Below are positions 34,516-44,435 of a DNA stretch of 64,000 nt, in pieces. The stretch spans positions 25,704 to 89,703 of the forward strand of contig CAVOPT010000023.1 of the NCBI GenBank assembly GCA_963698165.1, read 5' to 3'. The notes below the pieces were generated by a model that did not search any database, was not told the origin of the DNA, and saw only the letters and a program-made list of their open reading frames with translations. Position 1 is the stretch's first letter. Every line of letters begins with the position of its first letter. The stretch comes from an uncultured delta proteobacterium. Its GTDB lineage: Bacteria > Desulfobacterota > Syntrophobacteria > Syntrophobacterales > Syntrophobacteraceae. The position numbers and the translations under genes were made by a program.

Positions 34516-36237
34516 ATGAAGATGAAGGGAGCACAGGTTTTCTTCGAGTGTCTCAAGAAAGAAGGCGTCGACACTATCTTCGGGTTCCCGGGGGGATCCG
34601 TACTGGACGTCTATCATGAGATGCCCAGGCATGACATTCGGCACATCCTGGTCCGGCACGAGCAGGGAGCGGCCCACATGGCGGACGGATACGCCCGGGC
34701 CACGGGCCGGGTGGGTGTGTGCCTCGTCACGTCCGGTCCCGGGGCGACGAACACGGTGACCGGTGTTGCCACGGCGAACATGGATTCGGTCCCCATCGTC
34801 GTTTTCACCGGGCAGGTCCCCACGGCCATGATCGGGGACGACGCCTTCCAGGAAGTGGACATCATCGGCATCACCAGGCCCTGCACCAAGCACAGTTACC
34901 TGGTGAAGGACGTCAATGAAATGGCCAGGGTCATCAAGGAGGCATTCTACCTTGCCAGAACGGGGCGTCCCGGGCCGGTCGTGGTGGATCTGCCCAAGGA
35001 TGTCCTGCAGGCTCAGACGGAATTCCGCTATCCTAAAAAAGTGGATCTTCCGGGATATCGTCCGACCCTGGAAGCCCATGCAGGCCAGATCAAAAGGGCC
35101 TACCAGCTCATCCGGAAAAGCCGTAACCCCGTCATCTATGCGGGGGGCGGCGTGGTCATATCGGATGCCGCGGAAGAGCTCCTGCACTTTGCGGAGTTGA
35201 TCCAGGCACCGGTGACCAATACCCTCATGGGGCTCGGGGGGTTTCCCTCCGTGGTCCGTGACCCCACCGGAAAACTTGTGCCCCATCCCCTGTGGCTGGG
35301 GATGCTGGGAATGCACGGCACCTACCAGGCCAACATGGCGGTGACGGGAGCGGATCTGCTCATGGCCATCGGGGCGAGGTTTGACGACCGGGTGACGGGA
35401 AAGATCAGCGGGTTTGCTCCCAAGGCCAAGTTCGTTCACATTGATGTGGACCCCACAAGCATCGGGAAGACCGTCGACGTCCACATCCCCATCGTGGGCG
35501 ACTGCAAGAACGCGCTCCAGCAGCTCATTCAGATGGCCGAGACGGAGCCCATCGAGGGACTCCACGAGATGCGGAGTCCCTGGCTGGAGCAGATCCGCCA
35601 GTGGCGTGAAGCCAACCCGCTGAAGTACACATTCGACCCCGAAGTCATCAAACCCCAGTTCGTGGTGGAGAAGATTTTCGAACTCTCGCAGGGAGACGCC
35701 ATCATCACGACGGAAGTGGGGCAGAACCAGATGTGGGCCGCTCAGTTTTACCATTTCGCGCGTCCCCGGTCGTTTCTCAGCTCCGGGGGGCTCGGGACCA
35801 TGGGCTACGGGCTTCCTGCGGCCATAGGGGCTCAGGCTGCATTTCCCGACCGGCTGGTCGTCGACATTGCCGGAGACGGCAGCATTCAGATGAATATTCA
35901 GGAGCTCATGACGGCGGTCTGCAACTGCCTTCCCGTGAAGGTTGCCATTTTGCGGAACCAATACCTGGGCATGGTGCGTCAATGGCAGGAGCTCTTCTAC
36001 GAGCAGAACTACTGCGGGACCTGCCTGGACGGCATCAGCCCGGATTTCGTGAAGCTCGCCGAAGCTTACGGAGCGGTGGGTCTCAGAGCGACCAGGCCCG
36101 AGGACGTGGAGCCTGTGCTTCGGGAAGCGTTCGCTGTGAAGAGACCCGTGCTCATGGATTTCGTCGTTTCCCCCGAAGAGGGCGTGTATCCGATGGTTCC
36201 GGCGGGGAAGAGCATTTCAGAGATGTTGCTGGATTAA
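34516..36237 (+). CDS. ilvB: acetolactate synthase (acetohydroxyacid synthase) large subunit
   Basis: MKMKGAQVFFECLKKEGVDTIFGFPGG, TSGPGATN, GMLGMHG and GLGTMGYGLPAAIGA...GDGS are canonical IlvB/IlvI motifs. ATG 34516 is preferred over TTG 34501. Confidence 0.9.
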   Translation: MKMKGAQVFFECLKKEGVDTIFGFPGGSVLDVYHEMPRHDIRHILVRHEQGAAHMADGYARATGRVGVCLVTSGPGATNTVTGVATANMDSVPIVVFTGQVPTAMIGDDAFQEVDIIGITRPCTKHSYLVKDVNEMARVIKEAFYLARTGRPGPVVVDLPKDVLQAQTEFRYPKKVDLPGYRPTLEAHAGQIKRAYQLIRKSRNPVIYAGGGVVISDAAEELLHFAELIQAPVTNTLMGLGGFPSVVRDPTGKLVPHPLWLGMLGMHGTYQANMAVTGADLLMAIGARFDDRVTGKISGFAPKAKFVHIDVDPTSIGKTVDVHIPIVGDCKNALQQLIQMAETEPIEGLHEMRSPWLEQIRQWREANPLKYTFDPEVIKPQFVVEKIFELSQGDAIITTEVGQNQMWAAQFYHFARPRSFLSSGGLGTMGYGLPAAIGAQAAFPDRLVVDIAGDGSIQMNIQELMTAVCNCLPVKVAILRNQYLGMVRQWQELFYEQNYCGTCLDGISPDFVKLAEAYGAVGLRATRPEDVEPVLREAFAVKRPVLMDFVVSPEEGVYPMVPAGKSISEMLLD

Positions 36238-36251
36238 GCTGGGGATGGCAG

Positions 36252-36752
36252 ATGCAGATTGATAGCAATCAGAGGCACACCATAGGAATTCTCGTTCAGA
36301 ACGTACCCGGAGTTCTCGCTCGCATTGTGACGCTGTTCGCCGGCAGGAGCTTCAACATCGAGAACATAACGGCGGCAGAAACCCACGAGCCGGGCCTGAC
36401 GCGGATCACGCTGGTCACGACGGGCGATGAGCGCATCCTAGCTCAGATCGTCAAACAGCTGAACAAGCTCATCAACGTCATCAAGGTGTTCGACTTCAGC
36501 GACACCGAGTTCGTGGACCGGGAAATGGCTCTCATCAAGGTCAGGGCCGAAGCGCAGACTCGGGCCGAAGTGCTGCGCATCGTGGACATATTCCGGGCCA
36601 AGGTGGTGGATGTGAGCCCCCACTTCTACACCCTGGAGGTGACGGGAAACGAGAGCAAGATCGCGGCCATCATTGAACTGCTCGGCCAGATCGGGATCGT
36701 GGAGGTCGCCCGCACGGGCAAGGCGGCCCTGGCCAGAAGCAAGAAGCACTGA
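36252..36752 (+). CDS. ilvN: acetolactate synthase small (regulatory) subunit
   Basis: [39 protein letters not shown]... shows the ACT domain plus the ALS_ss_C pattern. It starts 15 nt after the ilvB stop. The longer ORF-track version (from 35733) overlaps ilvB in another frame. Confidence 0.9.
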   Translation: MQIDSNQRHTIGILVQNVPGVLARIVTLFAGRSFNIENITAAETHEPGLTRITLVTTGDERILAQIVKQLNKLINVIKVFDFSDTEFVDREMALIKVRAEAQTRAEVLRIVDIFRAKVVDVSPHFYTLEVTGNESKIAAIIELLGQIGIVEVARTGKAALARSKKH

Positions 36753-36794
36753 ATCTCCGAGCGGGCTCCGTGGTGAGATTCTGAAACTCTTGGG

Positions 36795-36925
36795 AACCTC
36801 TTGCAAGAGTCGATTTACGTCATTCCTTCGAAAGCCGGAATCCAGGCTTTTCAAGCACTTCTGGACCCCGGTTTTCGCCGGGGTGACGGAATTGAGGAGT
36901 TCTGCAAGAGCCTCTTGTGAAAGAA
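36795..36925. repeat. composite intergenic repeat (inverted pair of ~29-nt units flanked by ctcttgcaagag-type palindromes)
   Basis: cgtcattccttcgaaagccggaatccagg (36818-36846) matches the reverse complement of ctggaccccggttttcgccggggtgacgg (36869-36897) at roughly 70 percent by eye. The perfect palindrome ctcttgcaagag lies at 36798-36809 and caagagcctcttg at 36905-36917. The unit resembles the widespread repeat that translates as ...SGFRRNDV... in spurious ORFs. Confidence 0.6.
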
Positions 36926-36972
36926 AATTTTCAACCTTACCCATTACGATTGGACATTGCAGGAGGATGATA

Positions 36973-37974
36973 ATGAGGATTTTTTACGATGCGGATGCAG
37001 ATTTGAATCTACTTCGTGGAAAAAAGGTAGCTGTTATTGGCTACGGCAGCCAAGGGCATGCTCAGGCTCAGAACCTTCGAGACAGCGGAGTTGAGGTTGT
37101 TGTAGCGGAAAAGGAAGGTGTACCAGGACACCAGAAAGCGATTGAAGATGGCTTCTCGCCGGTTTCGGCACGCGAAGCGGCCCAACTGGGGGATTTGATC
37201 CAAATCCTCACTGAGGACCATGTTCAGGCGTATTTGTACCGAGAAGATGTGGCACCTTCACTGAAACCCGGCAAAGCTCTCCTTTTTTCACACGGTTTCA
37301 ATATCCATTATGGACAGATTCGCCCGTCCAAGGGAATCGATGTCATCATGGTGGCGCCCAAGGGCCCAGGGCATCTCGTGCGGAGCGAATACGTTCGAGG
37401 TGCAGGCGTGCCCTCACTGGTGGCGGTTTACCAAGATGGCAGCGGCCAGGCGCTGCAACTGGCTCTTGCCTATGCGAAGGGCATCGGTGCGACCCGGGCA
37501 GGAGTGATCGAGACGACCTTCAAGGAGGAGACGGAAACGGATCTTTTCGGCGAACAGGCCGTCCTATGCGGTGGTGTGTCGGAACTCGTGAAGGCTTCCT
37601 TCGACACCCTCGTGGAAGCAGGCTATCAGCCTGAAATCGCCTACTTCGAATGCATGCACGAGCTCAAGTTGATTGTGGACCTTTTCTATCGGGGTGGTCT
37701 TTCGTTCATGCGCTATTCGGTGAGTGACACGGCCGAGTACGGGGATCTCACCCGAGGAAAGCGCATTGTTACGGATGAGACCCGCAAGGAGATGAAAAAG
37801 ATCCTTGAAGAGGTGCAGACGGGGGCATTTGCCCGGGAGTGGATTCTCGAGAATCAAGCAGGCCGCCCCATGTTCAAAACCATGCGGGAAAAGGAAAGAG
37901 AGCTCCTCATCGAAAAGGTGGGAGCGAAGCTCAGGTCCATGATGCCTTTCCTGGACCCGGTCAAAATGGATTGA
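36973..37974 (+). CDS. ilvC: ketol-acid reductoisomerase
   Basis: [39 protein letters not shown]... is class-I IlvC. AGGAGG 6 nt upstream of ATG 36973. The ORF-track N-terminal extension runs through the intergenic repeat. Confidence 0.93.
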   Translation: MRIFYDADADLNLLRGKKVAVIGYGSQGHAQAQNLRDSGVEVVVAEKEGVPGHQKAIEDGFSPVSAREAAQLGDLIQILTEDHVQAYLYREDVAPSLKPGKALLFSHGFNIHYGQIRPSKGIDVIMVAPKGPGHLVRSEYVRGAGVPSLVAVYQDGSGQALQLALAYAKGIGATRAGVIETTFKEETETDLFGEQAVLCGGVSELVKASFDTLVEAGYQPEIAYFECMHELKLIVDLFYRGGLSFMRYSVSDTAEYGDLTRGKRIVTDETRKEMKKILEEVQTGAFAREWILENQAGRPMFKTMREKERELLIEKVGAKLRSMMPFLDPVKMD

Positions 37975-38027
37975 GCGCTTCTCCCTCCACGGGGAACGTC
38001 CCGGCACCGCTCTGGAACCCCCTCAAT

Positions 38028-38092
38028 TTCACCGCAAAGGCGCAAAAAGTCTGTAAGAAACAGCTCGGCGATCTTTGCGCCTCCGCGGTGAG
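38028..38092. repeat. inverted-repeat copy of the ttcaccgcaaaggcgcaaa family
   Basis: caccgcaaaggcgcaaa (38030-38046) pairs with tttgcgcctccgcggtg (38075-38091), forming a long hairpin just after the ilvC stop. It belongs to the same family as 5746-5778. Confidence 0.6.
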
Positions 38093-38205
38093 TACCCATT
38101 TTTTGATCATTTCGGGCGCTCCGAAAGGGCATGATGGACTGCTCAGCCAAGTCATGGTGGGCTGAGCTGCCCACCCCTGCCAAGGAGAAGGAACGGGTTA
38201 CACCC

Positions 38206-38871
38206 ATGAATTCCGACAACTTCCGTGAAAAGGTTCACCACATTCCGTTTGCCAGGGAAGGCATCCCGTACGTGCTCATGGCGGCCTTCGTCACCCTGAT
38301 CCTGGCACTCCTCGGGCACGCGCTCCTCACCTGGATTGCCCTGGCCGTCACACTCCTCATCGGCCATTTTTTCAGGGATCCCGAGAGGGTGATTTCGGCG
38401 CCGCCCGACGAAGTGGTATCCCCCGCCGATGGAAAGGTCATCTCCATCGAAAGGGTGGAGGGGACTCATTTCTTTCAAAAGCCCTGCATCAGGATCAGCA
38501 TTTTCATGTCCGTCTTCGATGTGCACGTGAACCGCATTCCTTTTTCTGGTATAGTTCGAGGTCTTCGCTACCGGAAGGGGTGCTTTTTTTCGGCCAACCT
38601 CCCGAAAGCCATGAGGGAGAACGAACAGAACGGAATGTGGATCCAGGCGGATTCGGGAACGGACATCGTGATCACCCAGGTGGCGGGACTCATTGCCCGC
38701 CGCATCGTCTGCTGGCCCGCGATGGGGGACCACGTTGCGAGGGCTGAGCGGTTCGGGATGATCCGGTTCGGATCCCGCATGGATGTGGTTGTGCCCGAAA
38801 CTTCCACGGTCCTGGTGTCGGTGGGCGATCATGTTTGCGGGGGTGAGACTTCGCTATGTCGGCTGAAGTGA
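38206..38871 (+). CDS. psd: phosphatidylserine decarboxylase proenzyme (short, archaeal/Asd-type)
   Basis: FFRDPER, SPADGKV, FMSVFDVHVNR and the C-terminal FGSRMDV (self-cleavage G-S site) fit short-form Psd. ATG at 38206. Confidence 0.85.
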   Translation: MNSDNFREKVHHIPFAREGIPYVLMAAFVTLILALLGHALLTWIALAVTLLIGHFFRDPERVISAPPDEVVSPADGKVISIERVEGTHFFQKPCIRISIFMSVFDVHVNRIPFSGIVRGLRYRKGCFFSANLPKAMRENEQNGMWIQADSGTDIVITQVAGLIARRIVCWPAMGDHVARAERFGMIRFGSRMDVVVPETSTVLVSVGDHVCGGETSLCRLK

Positions 38872-39749
38872 GGAAGAAGCGTCCCAGGAGGCGCAAGTGG
38901 CAGCAAAAGTGGCGCCGGTTTGAGGAAGGGGAGGTCCGCATCGGGGCATACATCGTCCCCAATCTCTTCACCACGGCGAACCTGTTCAGTGGTTTTTTCG
39001 GCATGATCAGCGCCATCAACGGCAGGTTCGACCTGGCGGCCCTGGCGATTTTCGTCTCCTGTCTCTTCGACATCCTGGACGGCCAGGTCGCACGGTTGAC
39101 CCGGGCCACGAGCCGCTTCGGCGTTGAGTACGATTCCCTTGCGGATGTGGTGGCTTTTGGGGTGAGCCCCGGCATTTTGATGTACCTCTGGGCGCTGAAG
39201 CCTTACGGCAGGGTCGGCTGGCTGGCCTGCTTCGTGTTCGTTGCCTGCGGTGCCCTGCGTCTGGCCCGCTTCAACGTGCAGGTGGAAACGGTGAGCAAGA
39301 AGTACTTCGTCGGATTGCCCATTCCCGGGGCGGCGAGCATGGTGGCCGCAACGGTCCTCTTTTTTCACGAACTGAGACTCCTCACGGTTGTGGGATCCAA
39401 GTTGCCGCTTCTGCTGCTGACCTACATTCTGGGATTCCTCATGGTGAGCACGGTCCCGTATTACAGCTTCAAGGATTTCGAGATGCTGAAGGCGAGACCG
39501 TTTCCCGTGTTCTTCGGGATCCTGGTGCTGGTGACGGTGATTGCCATGAGCCCGGAGTTCACCCTCTTCATTCTCCTTGTCGTTTACCTGCTTTCGGGGC
39601 CCGTCATTTACCTGGTGAGGTTATACCGGAAAGGCAGGTCGGACCGGCAGTCCCCGCCCCCGGAGGCTGCGATGCTGGAGGATGGAGCCGGAGGGCAGGA
39701 GCGTCGGTCTGGGGTCCTGGCCGAAGTGGTTGATGACGATAAGAAGTGA
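38856..39749 (+). CDS. pssA: CDP-diacylglycerol--serine O-phosphatidyltransferase
   Basis: PNLFTTANLFSGF and the CDP-alcohol phosphotransferase motif DILDGQVARLTRATSRFGVEYDSLADVV. It overlaps the psd end by 16 nt. Confidence 0.85.
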   Translation: MSAEVRKKRPRRRKWQQKWRRFEEGEVRIGAYIVPNLFTTANLFSGFFGMISAINGRFDLAALAIFVSCLFDILDGQVARLTRATSRFGVEYDSLADVVAFGVSPGILMYLWALKPYGRVGWLACFVFVACGALRLARFNVQVETVSKKYFVGLPIPGAASMVAATVLFFHELRLLTVVGSKLPLLLLTYILGFLMVSTVPYYSFKDFEMLKARPFPVFFGILVLVTVIAMSPEFTLFILLVVYLLSGPVIYLVRLYRKGRSDRQSPPPEAAMLEDGAGGQERRSGVLAEVVDDDKK

Positions 39750-39776
39750 ATCAGTTTTTGTGGAAGGTTGAACCCC

Positions 39777-41036
39777 ATGTCCATGACCATCAGTGAGAAG
39801 ATTCTGGCGGAACACGCCGGTCGTCTTGAAGTGAGCCCAGAGGAGCTGGTCGAAGTTCGTGTGGACTTCGCCCTGGGAAACGACATCACCGCCCCTCTCG
39901 CCATCGAGGCCTTTCGAAAGGCAGGAGCCAGGTCGGTTTTCGACCCTGAGCGCATCGCCCTCGTCCCTGACCACTTCACTCCCAACAAAGACATCGCATC
40001 CGCCGTGCAGGTGAAGCTTCTGCGGGATTTTGCGAGGGAGCACGGCATTGTCAACTACTTCGAAGTGGGGCGCATGGGCATTGAGCACGCCCTGCTTCCG
40101 GAGCAGGGGCTGGTTCTTCCCGGTGACGTGGTCATCGGAGCGGACAGCCACACCTGCACGTACGGGGCCCTCGGGGCCTTTGCAACGGGGGTGGGAAGCA
40201 CCGACCTCGCCGCGGCCATGATGACCGGAAAAATCTGGTTCAAGGTTCCCGCATCCATGAAGTTCGTCTACCTGGGCACCCTGCGCCCCTGGGTGGGGGG
40301 CAAGGACCTTATCCTCCACACCATTGGTCAGATTGGGGTGGATGGAGCCCGTTATCGGGCCATGGAGTTCACGGGGGAGGTCATCGAGGCCCTGCCCATG
40401 GCGGATCGCTTCACCATGTCCAACATGGCCATCGAGGCGGGAGCCAAGGTGGGGATCATCGCCCCCGACGCCATCACCGAGGAGTACGTGAAAACCCGGG
40501 CCCGGCGCGGCTACACATTCCACCGCAGTGATGCGGACGCCGCTTACGAGATGGTCCAGGAATGGGATGTTTCCAGTCTGGAGCCGGTGGTTGCGGTCCC
40601 CCACTCCCCCAGCAACATCCGCGCGGCTGCAGAGCTCTCCCACATTTCCATCGACCAGGTCGTCATCGGGTCCTGCACCAACGGCCGCTTCGAGGATCTC
40701 CAGGTTGCCGCGAGGATTCTCAAGGGAAGGAAAGTGTCTCCCAACGTGCGGTGCATCGTCATTCCCGCCACGCAGGAGATCTACCGTCGGGCACTCAAGG
40801 AGGGACTCCTCGAGATATTCATTGCAGCGGAGGCGGCCGTGAGCACGCCCACCTGCGGCCCCTGCCTGGGAGGCCACATGGGGATCCTGGCTCCCGGAGA
40901 GCGGGCCGTCGCCACCACCAACCGGAACTTCGTGGGGCGCATGGGGCACACGGAGAGCGAGGTGTACCTCAGCAGTCCCGCCGTCGCGGCAGCATCGGCC
41001 ATTGCCGGGCATATCGCCCACCCGGAAGCGGTCTGA
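39777..41036 (+). CDS. leuC: 3-isopropylmalate dehydratase large subunit (aconitase family, short type)
   Basis: [42 protein letters not shown] and PTCGPCLG provide the Fe-S cluster cysteines. About 420 aa, the archaeal-type LeuC/HacA size. Confidence 0.9.
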   Translation: MSMTISEKILAEHAGRLEVSPEELVEVRVDFALGNDITAPLAIEAFRKAGARSVFDPERIALVPDHFTPNKDIASAVQVKLLRDFAREHGIVNYFEVGRMGIEHALLPEQGLVLPGDVVIGADSHTCTYGALGAFATGVGSTDLAAAMMTGKIWFKVPASMKFVYLGTLRPWVGGKDLILHTIGQIGVDGARYRAMEFTGEVIEALPMADRFTMSNMAIEAGAKVGIIAPDAITEEYVKTRARRGYTFHRSDADAAYEMVQEWDVSSLEPVVAVPHSPSNIRAAAELSHISIDQVVIGSCTNGRFEDLQVAARILKGRKVSPNVRCIVIPATQEIYRRALKEGLLEIFIAAEAAVSTPTCGPCLGGHMGILAPGERAVATTNRNFVGRMGHTESEVYLSSPAVAAASAIAGHIAHPEAV

Positions 41037-41129
41037 TCACCGAGTGGCGTCAATGGAACCCGTGCATCGCCCAAAGGCTCCAGCGGAAGCCTTTGGCGGT
41101 GATGGAAATGCATAGAGCGAGGTTGCAGA

Positions 41130-41644
41130 ATGAAGATGACAGGTCGAGCGTGGAAGTTTGGCGATGACGTGGACACGGATGCCATCATCCCGGCCCGCTA
41201 TCTGAACACTTCCGATCCCCAGGTCCTGGCTTCCCATTGCATGGAGGACGCGGATCCACAGTTTGCGGCCAAGGTGCAGCCGGGGGACATCATGGTGGCA
41301 GGCAGGAATTTCGGGTGCGGTTCTTCCAGGGAACATGCCCCTGTTTCCATCAAGGGGGCCGGCATCGGGTGCGTGATCGCTCATAGCTTTGCCCGGATCT
41401 TCTACCGCAACGCCTTCAACATGGGCCTCCCCATCCTGGAATGCCCCGACGCCGCCGATGCCATCCAAACGGGAGACGAAATCAGGTGGACCTGGACAGC
41501 GGACTCATCGTGAATCGGTCTCGGCAGCGGAGCTACCATGCTCAGCCCGTCCCCCCCTTCATGCAGGAGTTGCTGCAAATGGGTGGCCTCATGCCGTACG
41601 TGGCGAAGAAAATGGCGGAGGAAGCCAAGCGAAAGGCGCGGTGA
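41130..41644 (+). pseudogene. leuD: 3-isopropylmalate dehydratase small subunit, interrupted by a 1-nt frameshift
   Basis: Frame 1 (41130..41513) gives [25 protein letters not shown]...[10 protein letters not shown]...[17 protein letters not shown], then nonsense and a stop. The expected C-terminus [35 protein letters not shown] continues in the -1 frame (ORF 41441..41644). The switch is at gaaatcagg (41478-41486), consistent with one missing base. Confidence 0.8.
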
Positions 41645-41703
41645 TCCCACCCGGTACGAACACCGGGAAACCCACGACGAAAGAAAGGTGCTGACAGCAA
41701 TCC

Positions 41704-42777
41704 ATGGAACAGAAGAAAAGTTACCGCATTGCACTCCTGCCGGGAGACGGAACGGGTCCGGAAGTGGTCCGCGAGGCTTTGAAAGCCCTGGAAGCCGTGT
41801 CTCACCGGGAAGGGTTCGCCATCGAGGAGACCCACTTTGATCTTGGGGGAGACCGTTATCTGCGAACGGGAGAGGTGCTCCCCTCGGGGGCCCTGGATGA
41901 CCTCAAGGGCTTCGATGCCGTTCTCCTTGGCGCCATAGGCCATCCGGACGTGAAGCCGGGCATCCTGGAGAAGGGGCTTCTCCTGGAATTGCGTTTTCAG
42001 CTGGACCAGTACATCAATCTTCGCCCGGTGATCCTCTACGACGGCGTGGAGACTCCCTTGAAGGACAAGGGGCCCCAAGACATCGACTTCGTGGTGGTGC
42101 GGGAGAACACCGAGGGACTCTATGCGGGGTCGGGCGGATTCCTGAGGAAGGGCACGCCTCATGAAGTGGCCGTCCAGGAATCGGTGAACACGCGGATGGG
42201 CGTCGAACGCTGCATCCGTTACGCCTTCGACTACTGCCGGCGCCGGAACCGGGAAAAGAAACTCACCCTTTGCGGAAAGACGAATGTCCTCACGTTCGCG
42301 TTCGATCTCTGGGAGAGGGTTTTCAACGAAGTGGGAAAAGAGTATCCCGACATCCAAACGGATTACGCCCATGTGGACGCCACGTGCATGTGGATGGTGA
42401 AGAACCCTGAGTGGTTCGACGTCATCGTCACGGACAACATGTTCGGCGACATCATCACGGACCTTGGGGCCATGATCCAGGGAGGCATGGGGATTGCCGC
42501 GGGAGGGAACATCAACCCGCAGGGTGTCTCCATGTTCGAGCCCATCGGCGGTTCTGCTCCAAAGTACACGGGGAAAAACGTCATCAACCCCCTGGCGGCC
42601 ATTGCCGCGGCCCAGATGATGCTGGACCATCTGGGCGAGGAGTCTGCCGGGCGGCGAATCGAAAACGCCATTCGCAAGGTGGTTTCGAAGGATGTCAAGA
42701 ACCTGTCCGCCGGGCAGATGGGGTATACGACCAGCGAAGTGGGAGACCTCGTCGCCAGGTACATCAGCACAGATTGA
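41704..42777 (+). CDS. leuB: 3-isopropylmalate dehydrogenase
   Basis: YRIALLPGDGTGPEV, VRENTEGLY and NMFGDIITDLGA...GG are isocitrate/isopropylmalate dehydrogenase family motifs. 357 aa. Confidence 0.9.
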   Translation: MEQKKSYRIALLPGDGTGPEVVREALKALEAVSHREGFAIEETHFDLGGDRYLRTGEVLPSGALDDLKGFDAVLLGAIGHPDVKPGILEKGLLLELRFQLDQYINLRPVILYDGVETPLKDKGPQDIDFVVVRENTEGLYAGSGGFLRKGTPHEVAVQESVNTRMGVERCIRYAFDYCRRRNREKKLTLCGKTNVLTFAFDLWERVFNEVGKEYPDIQTDYAHVDATCMWMVKNPEWFDVIVTDNMFGDIITDLGAMIQGGMGIAAGGNINPQGVSMFEPIGGSAPKYTGKNVINPLAAIAAAQMMLDHLGEESAGRRIENAIRKVVSKDVKNLSAGQMGYTTSEVGDLVARYISTD

Positions 42778-42802
42778 ACCCCACCGGGAAAGGGGTAACA
42801 CA

Positions 42803-43822
42803 ATGGGAAAAAAAGCCTATCGGGTGGCTGTGGTTGGGGCAACCGGGGCAGTCGGCAATCTGATGATCCAGGTCCTTGAGGAGAGGGCGTTTCCCGTGGG
42901 GGAGATCAAGCTCCTCGCCTCGGCGCGGTCCGTGGGCAAATCCCTCGCTTTCAGGGGAGAATCCATCCCCGTGCAGGAACTGAAGGAAGACTCTTTCGAC
43001 GGTGTCCAGTTGGCCCTCTTCTCAGCGGGAGGTTCGGTCAGCCGCATATTCGCACCCATCGCGGCCGCCAAGGGCTGCATCGTCATCGACAATTCCAGCG
43101 CCTTCAGGATGGACCCCAAAGTCCCTCTGATCGTTCCGGAGGTCAACCCGGGTGCCGTTAGCGTCGAATCGGGCATCATCGCCAACCCCAACTGTTCGAC
43201 CATCCAGATGGTGGTGGCCCTGAAGCCCATTTATGATGCCGCTGGAATCCGGCGCATCGTGGTGACCACTTTCCAGGCGGTCTCGGGGACGGGCAAACGG
43301 GCCATCGAGGAACTGCGCCACCAGGTCCAGAGCGTGATCAATGCGACTGAGATCAAGAGAGAGATCTATCCATACCAGATTGCGTTCAACTGTTTTCCTC
43401 ACATCGGAGCCTTCCTGGAAAACGGGTTCACCGAAGAGGAAATGAAGATGGACAACGAGACCCGCAAGATCTTCGGCGACCCGGACATTGCCGTCTGTGC
43501 CACCACTGTCCGGGTGCCCGTGTACTTCGGACACTCGGAGTCGGTGAACATCGAAACCAGGAAACCCGTCACCGTTGAAGCCGTGCGCAAGCTCCTCGCC
43601 GCTGCCCCGGGAGTGCGGCTCATCGACGATCCCGCCGCTGCCCGGTACCCGGTGCCCATCGAGGCGGCCGGCACCGACGAGACCCATGTGGGTCGCATCC
43701 GCCGGGATCCTTCCGTGGAGAACGGTCTGGCCATGTGGGTCGTGGCGGACAATATCCGCAAAGGGGCCGCCACCAACGCGGTCCAGATAGCTGAACTGCT
43801 CCTGGAGCGGGGTCTCGTTTGA
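42803..43822 (+). CDS. asd: aspartate-semialdehyde dehydrogenase
   Basis: MGKKAYRVAVVGATGAVG, NPNCSTI (active-site Cys), QAVSGTG and RVPV..GHS. ATG 42803, while the ORF-track start (42692) overlaps leuB. Confidence 0.92.
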   Translation: MGKKAYRVAVVGATGAVGNLMIQVLEERAFPVGEIKLLASARSVGKSLAFRGESIPVQELKEDSFDGVQLALFSAGGSVSRIFAPIAAAKGCIVIDNSSAFRMDPKVPLIVPEVNPGAVSVESGIIANPNCSTIQMVVALKPIYDAAGIRRIVVTTFQAVSGTGKRAIEELRHQVQSVINATEIKREIYPYQIAFNCFPHIGAFLENGFTEEEMKMDNETRKIFGDPDIAVCATTVRVPVYFGHSESVNIETRKPVTVEAVRKLLAAAPGVRLIDDPAAARYPVPIEAAGTDETHVGRIRRDPSVENGLAMWVVADNIRKGAATNAVQIAELLLERGLV

Positions 43823-43838
43823 GGGCCTCCTGAGCGCA

Positions 43839-44402
43839 ATGCGCATCGTGGCTGGTGAGTTCCGAGGCAGACGACTCCACACCCCCAAGGGAGAGGGAAT
43901 CCGACCGACAGCCGATCGGGTTCGCGAGGCCATGTTCAGTATCATTGGGTCGCGGCTGCCCGACGCCATGGTGCTGGACTTGTATGCAGGAACCGGGGCC
44001 CTGGGCCTCGAAGCCATCAGCCGCGGGGCCGCAAGCGCGGTGTTTGTGGATCAGAATCCGGCGGCAATCCGGCTGATCCGTTCCAACATCCAGCTCTGCG
44101 GTGCCGAAGGGAGATCGCGCATCATCCAGGCGTCCGTCCAAAGGGCCGTTCGACAACTGGCTGGCGAGGCACTGGCGTTTTCCCTCGTATTCCTGGATCC
44201 GCCATACGGCAGGGGCCATGTCGACTCCATCCTTCCGGACCTTCACCGGATTGCCGACGCATCCACCATGGTGGTGGCGGAACACCACGCGAAAGACATC
44301 CTTCCATCTACCTGTGGAAAATGGGTGAGAACCCAAGAACGGTTATACGGCGACACTGCAATTTCGTTCTATATGCGCAGTCCTGATTCTCCAATTTCAT
44401 GA
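43839..44402 (+). CDS. rsmD: 16S rRNA (guanine966-N2)-methyltransferase RsmD
   Basis: MRIVAGEFRGRRLHTPKGEGIRPTADRVREAMFSII, LDLYAGTGALGLEAISRGA and FLDPPY are the RsmD signature. Confidence 0.8.
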   Translation: MRIVAGEFRGRRLHTPKGEGIRPTADRVREAMFSIIGSRLPDAMVLDLYAGTGALGLEAISRGAASAVFVDQNPAAIRLIRSNIQLCGAEGRSRIIQASVQRAVRQLAGEALAFSLVFLDPPYGRGHVDSILPDLHRIADASTMVVAEHHAKDILPSTCGKWVRTQERLYGDTAISFYMRSPDSPIS

Positions 44403-44435
44403 TGGTTTCGACGAAAAGCGATGAGAGGAGACAAC

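Noticed and set aside
27959-35982. Minus-strand ORFs 27959..28804, 29197..30282, 31908..32888, 33003..34181 and 34486..35982
   Set aside because: Each is antisense to a confidently identified plus-strand gene (permeases, ATPase, amidohydrolase, ackA, ilvB). They have no motifs and skewed composition.
35733-37974. N-terminally extended ORF-track versions of ilvN (from 35733) and ilvC (from 36673)
   Set aside because: The extensions overlap ilvB in another frame or read through the intergenic repeat. Both genes have canonical N-termini with RBSs at 36252 and 36973.
39621-44336. Minus-strand ORFs 39621..41021 (466 aa), 41542..42801 (419 aa), 43022..44017 and 43620..44336
   Set aside because: Antisense to leuC, leuB, asd and rsmD. 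These are shadow ORFs.
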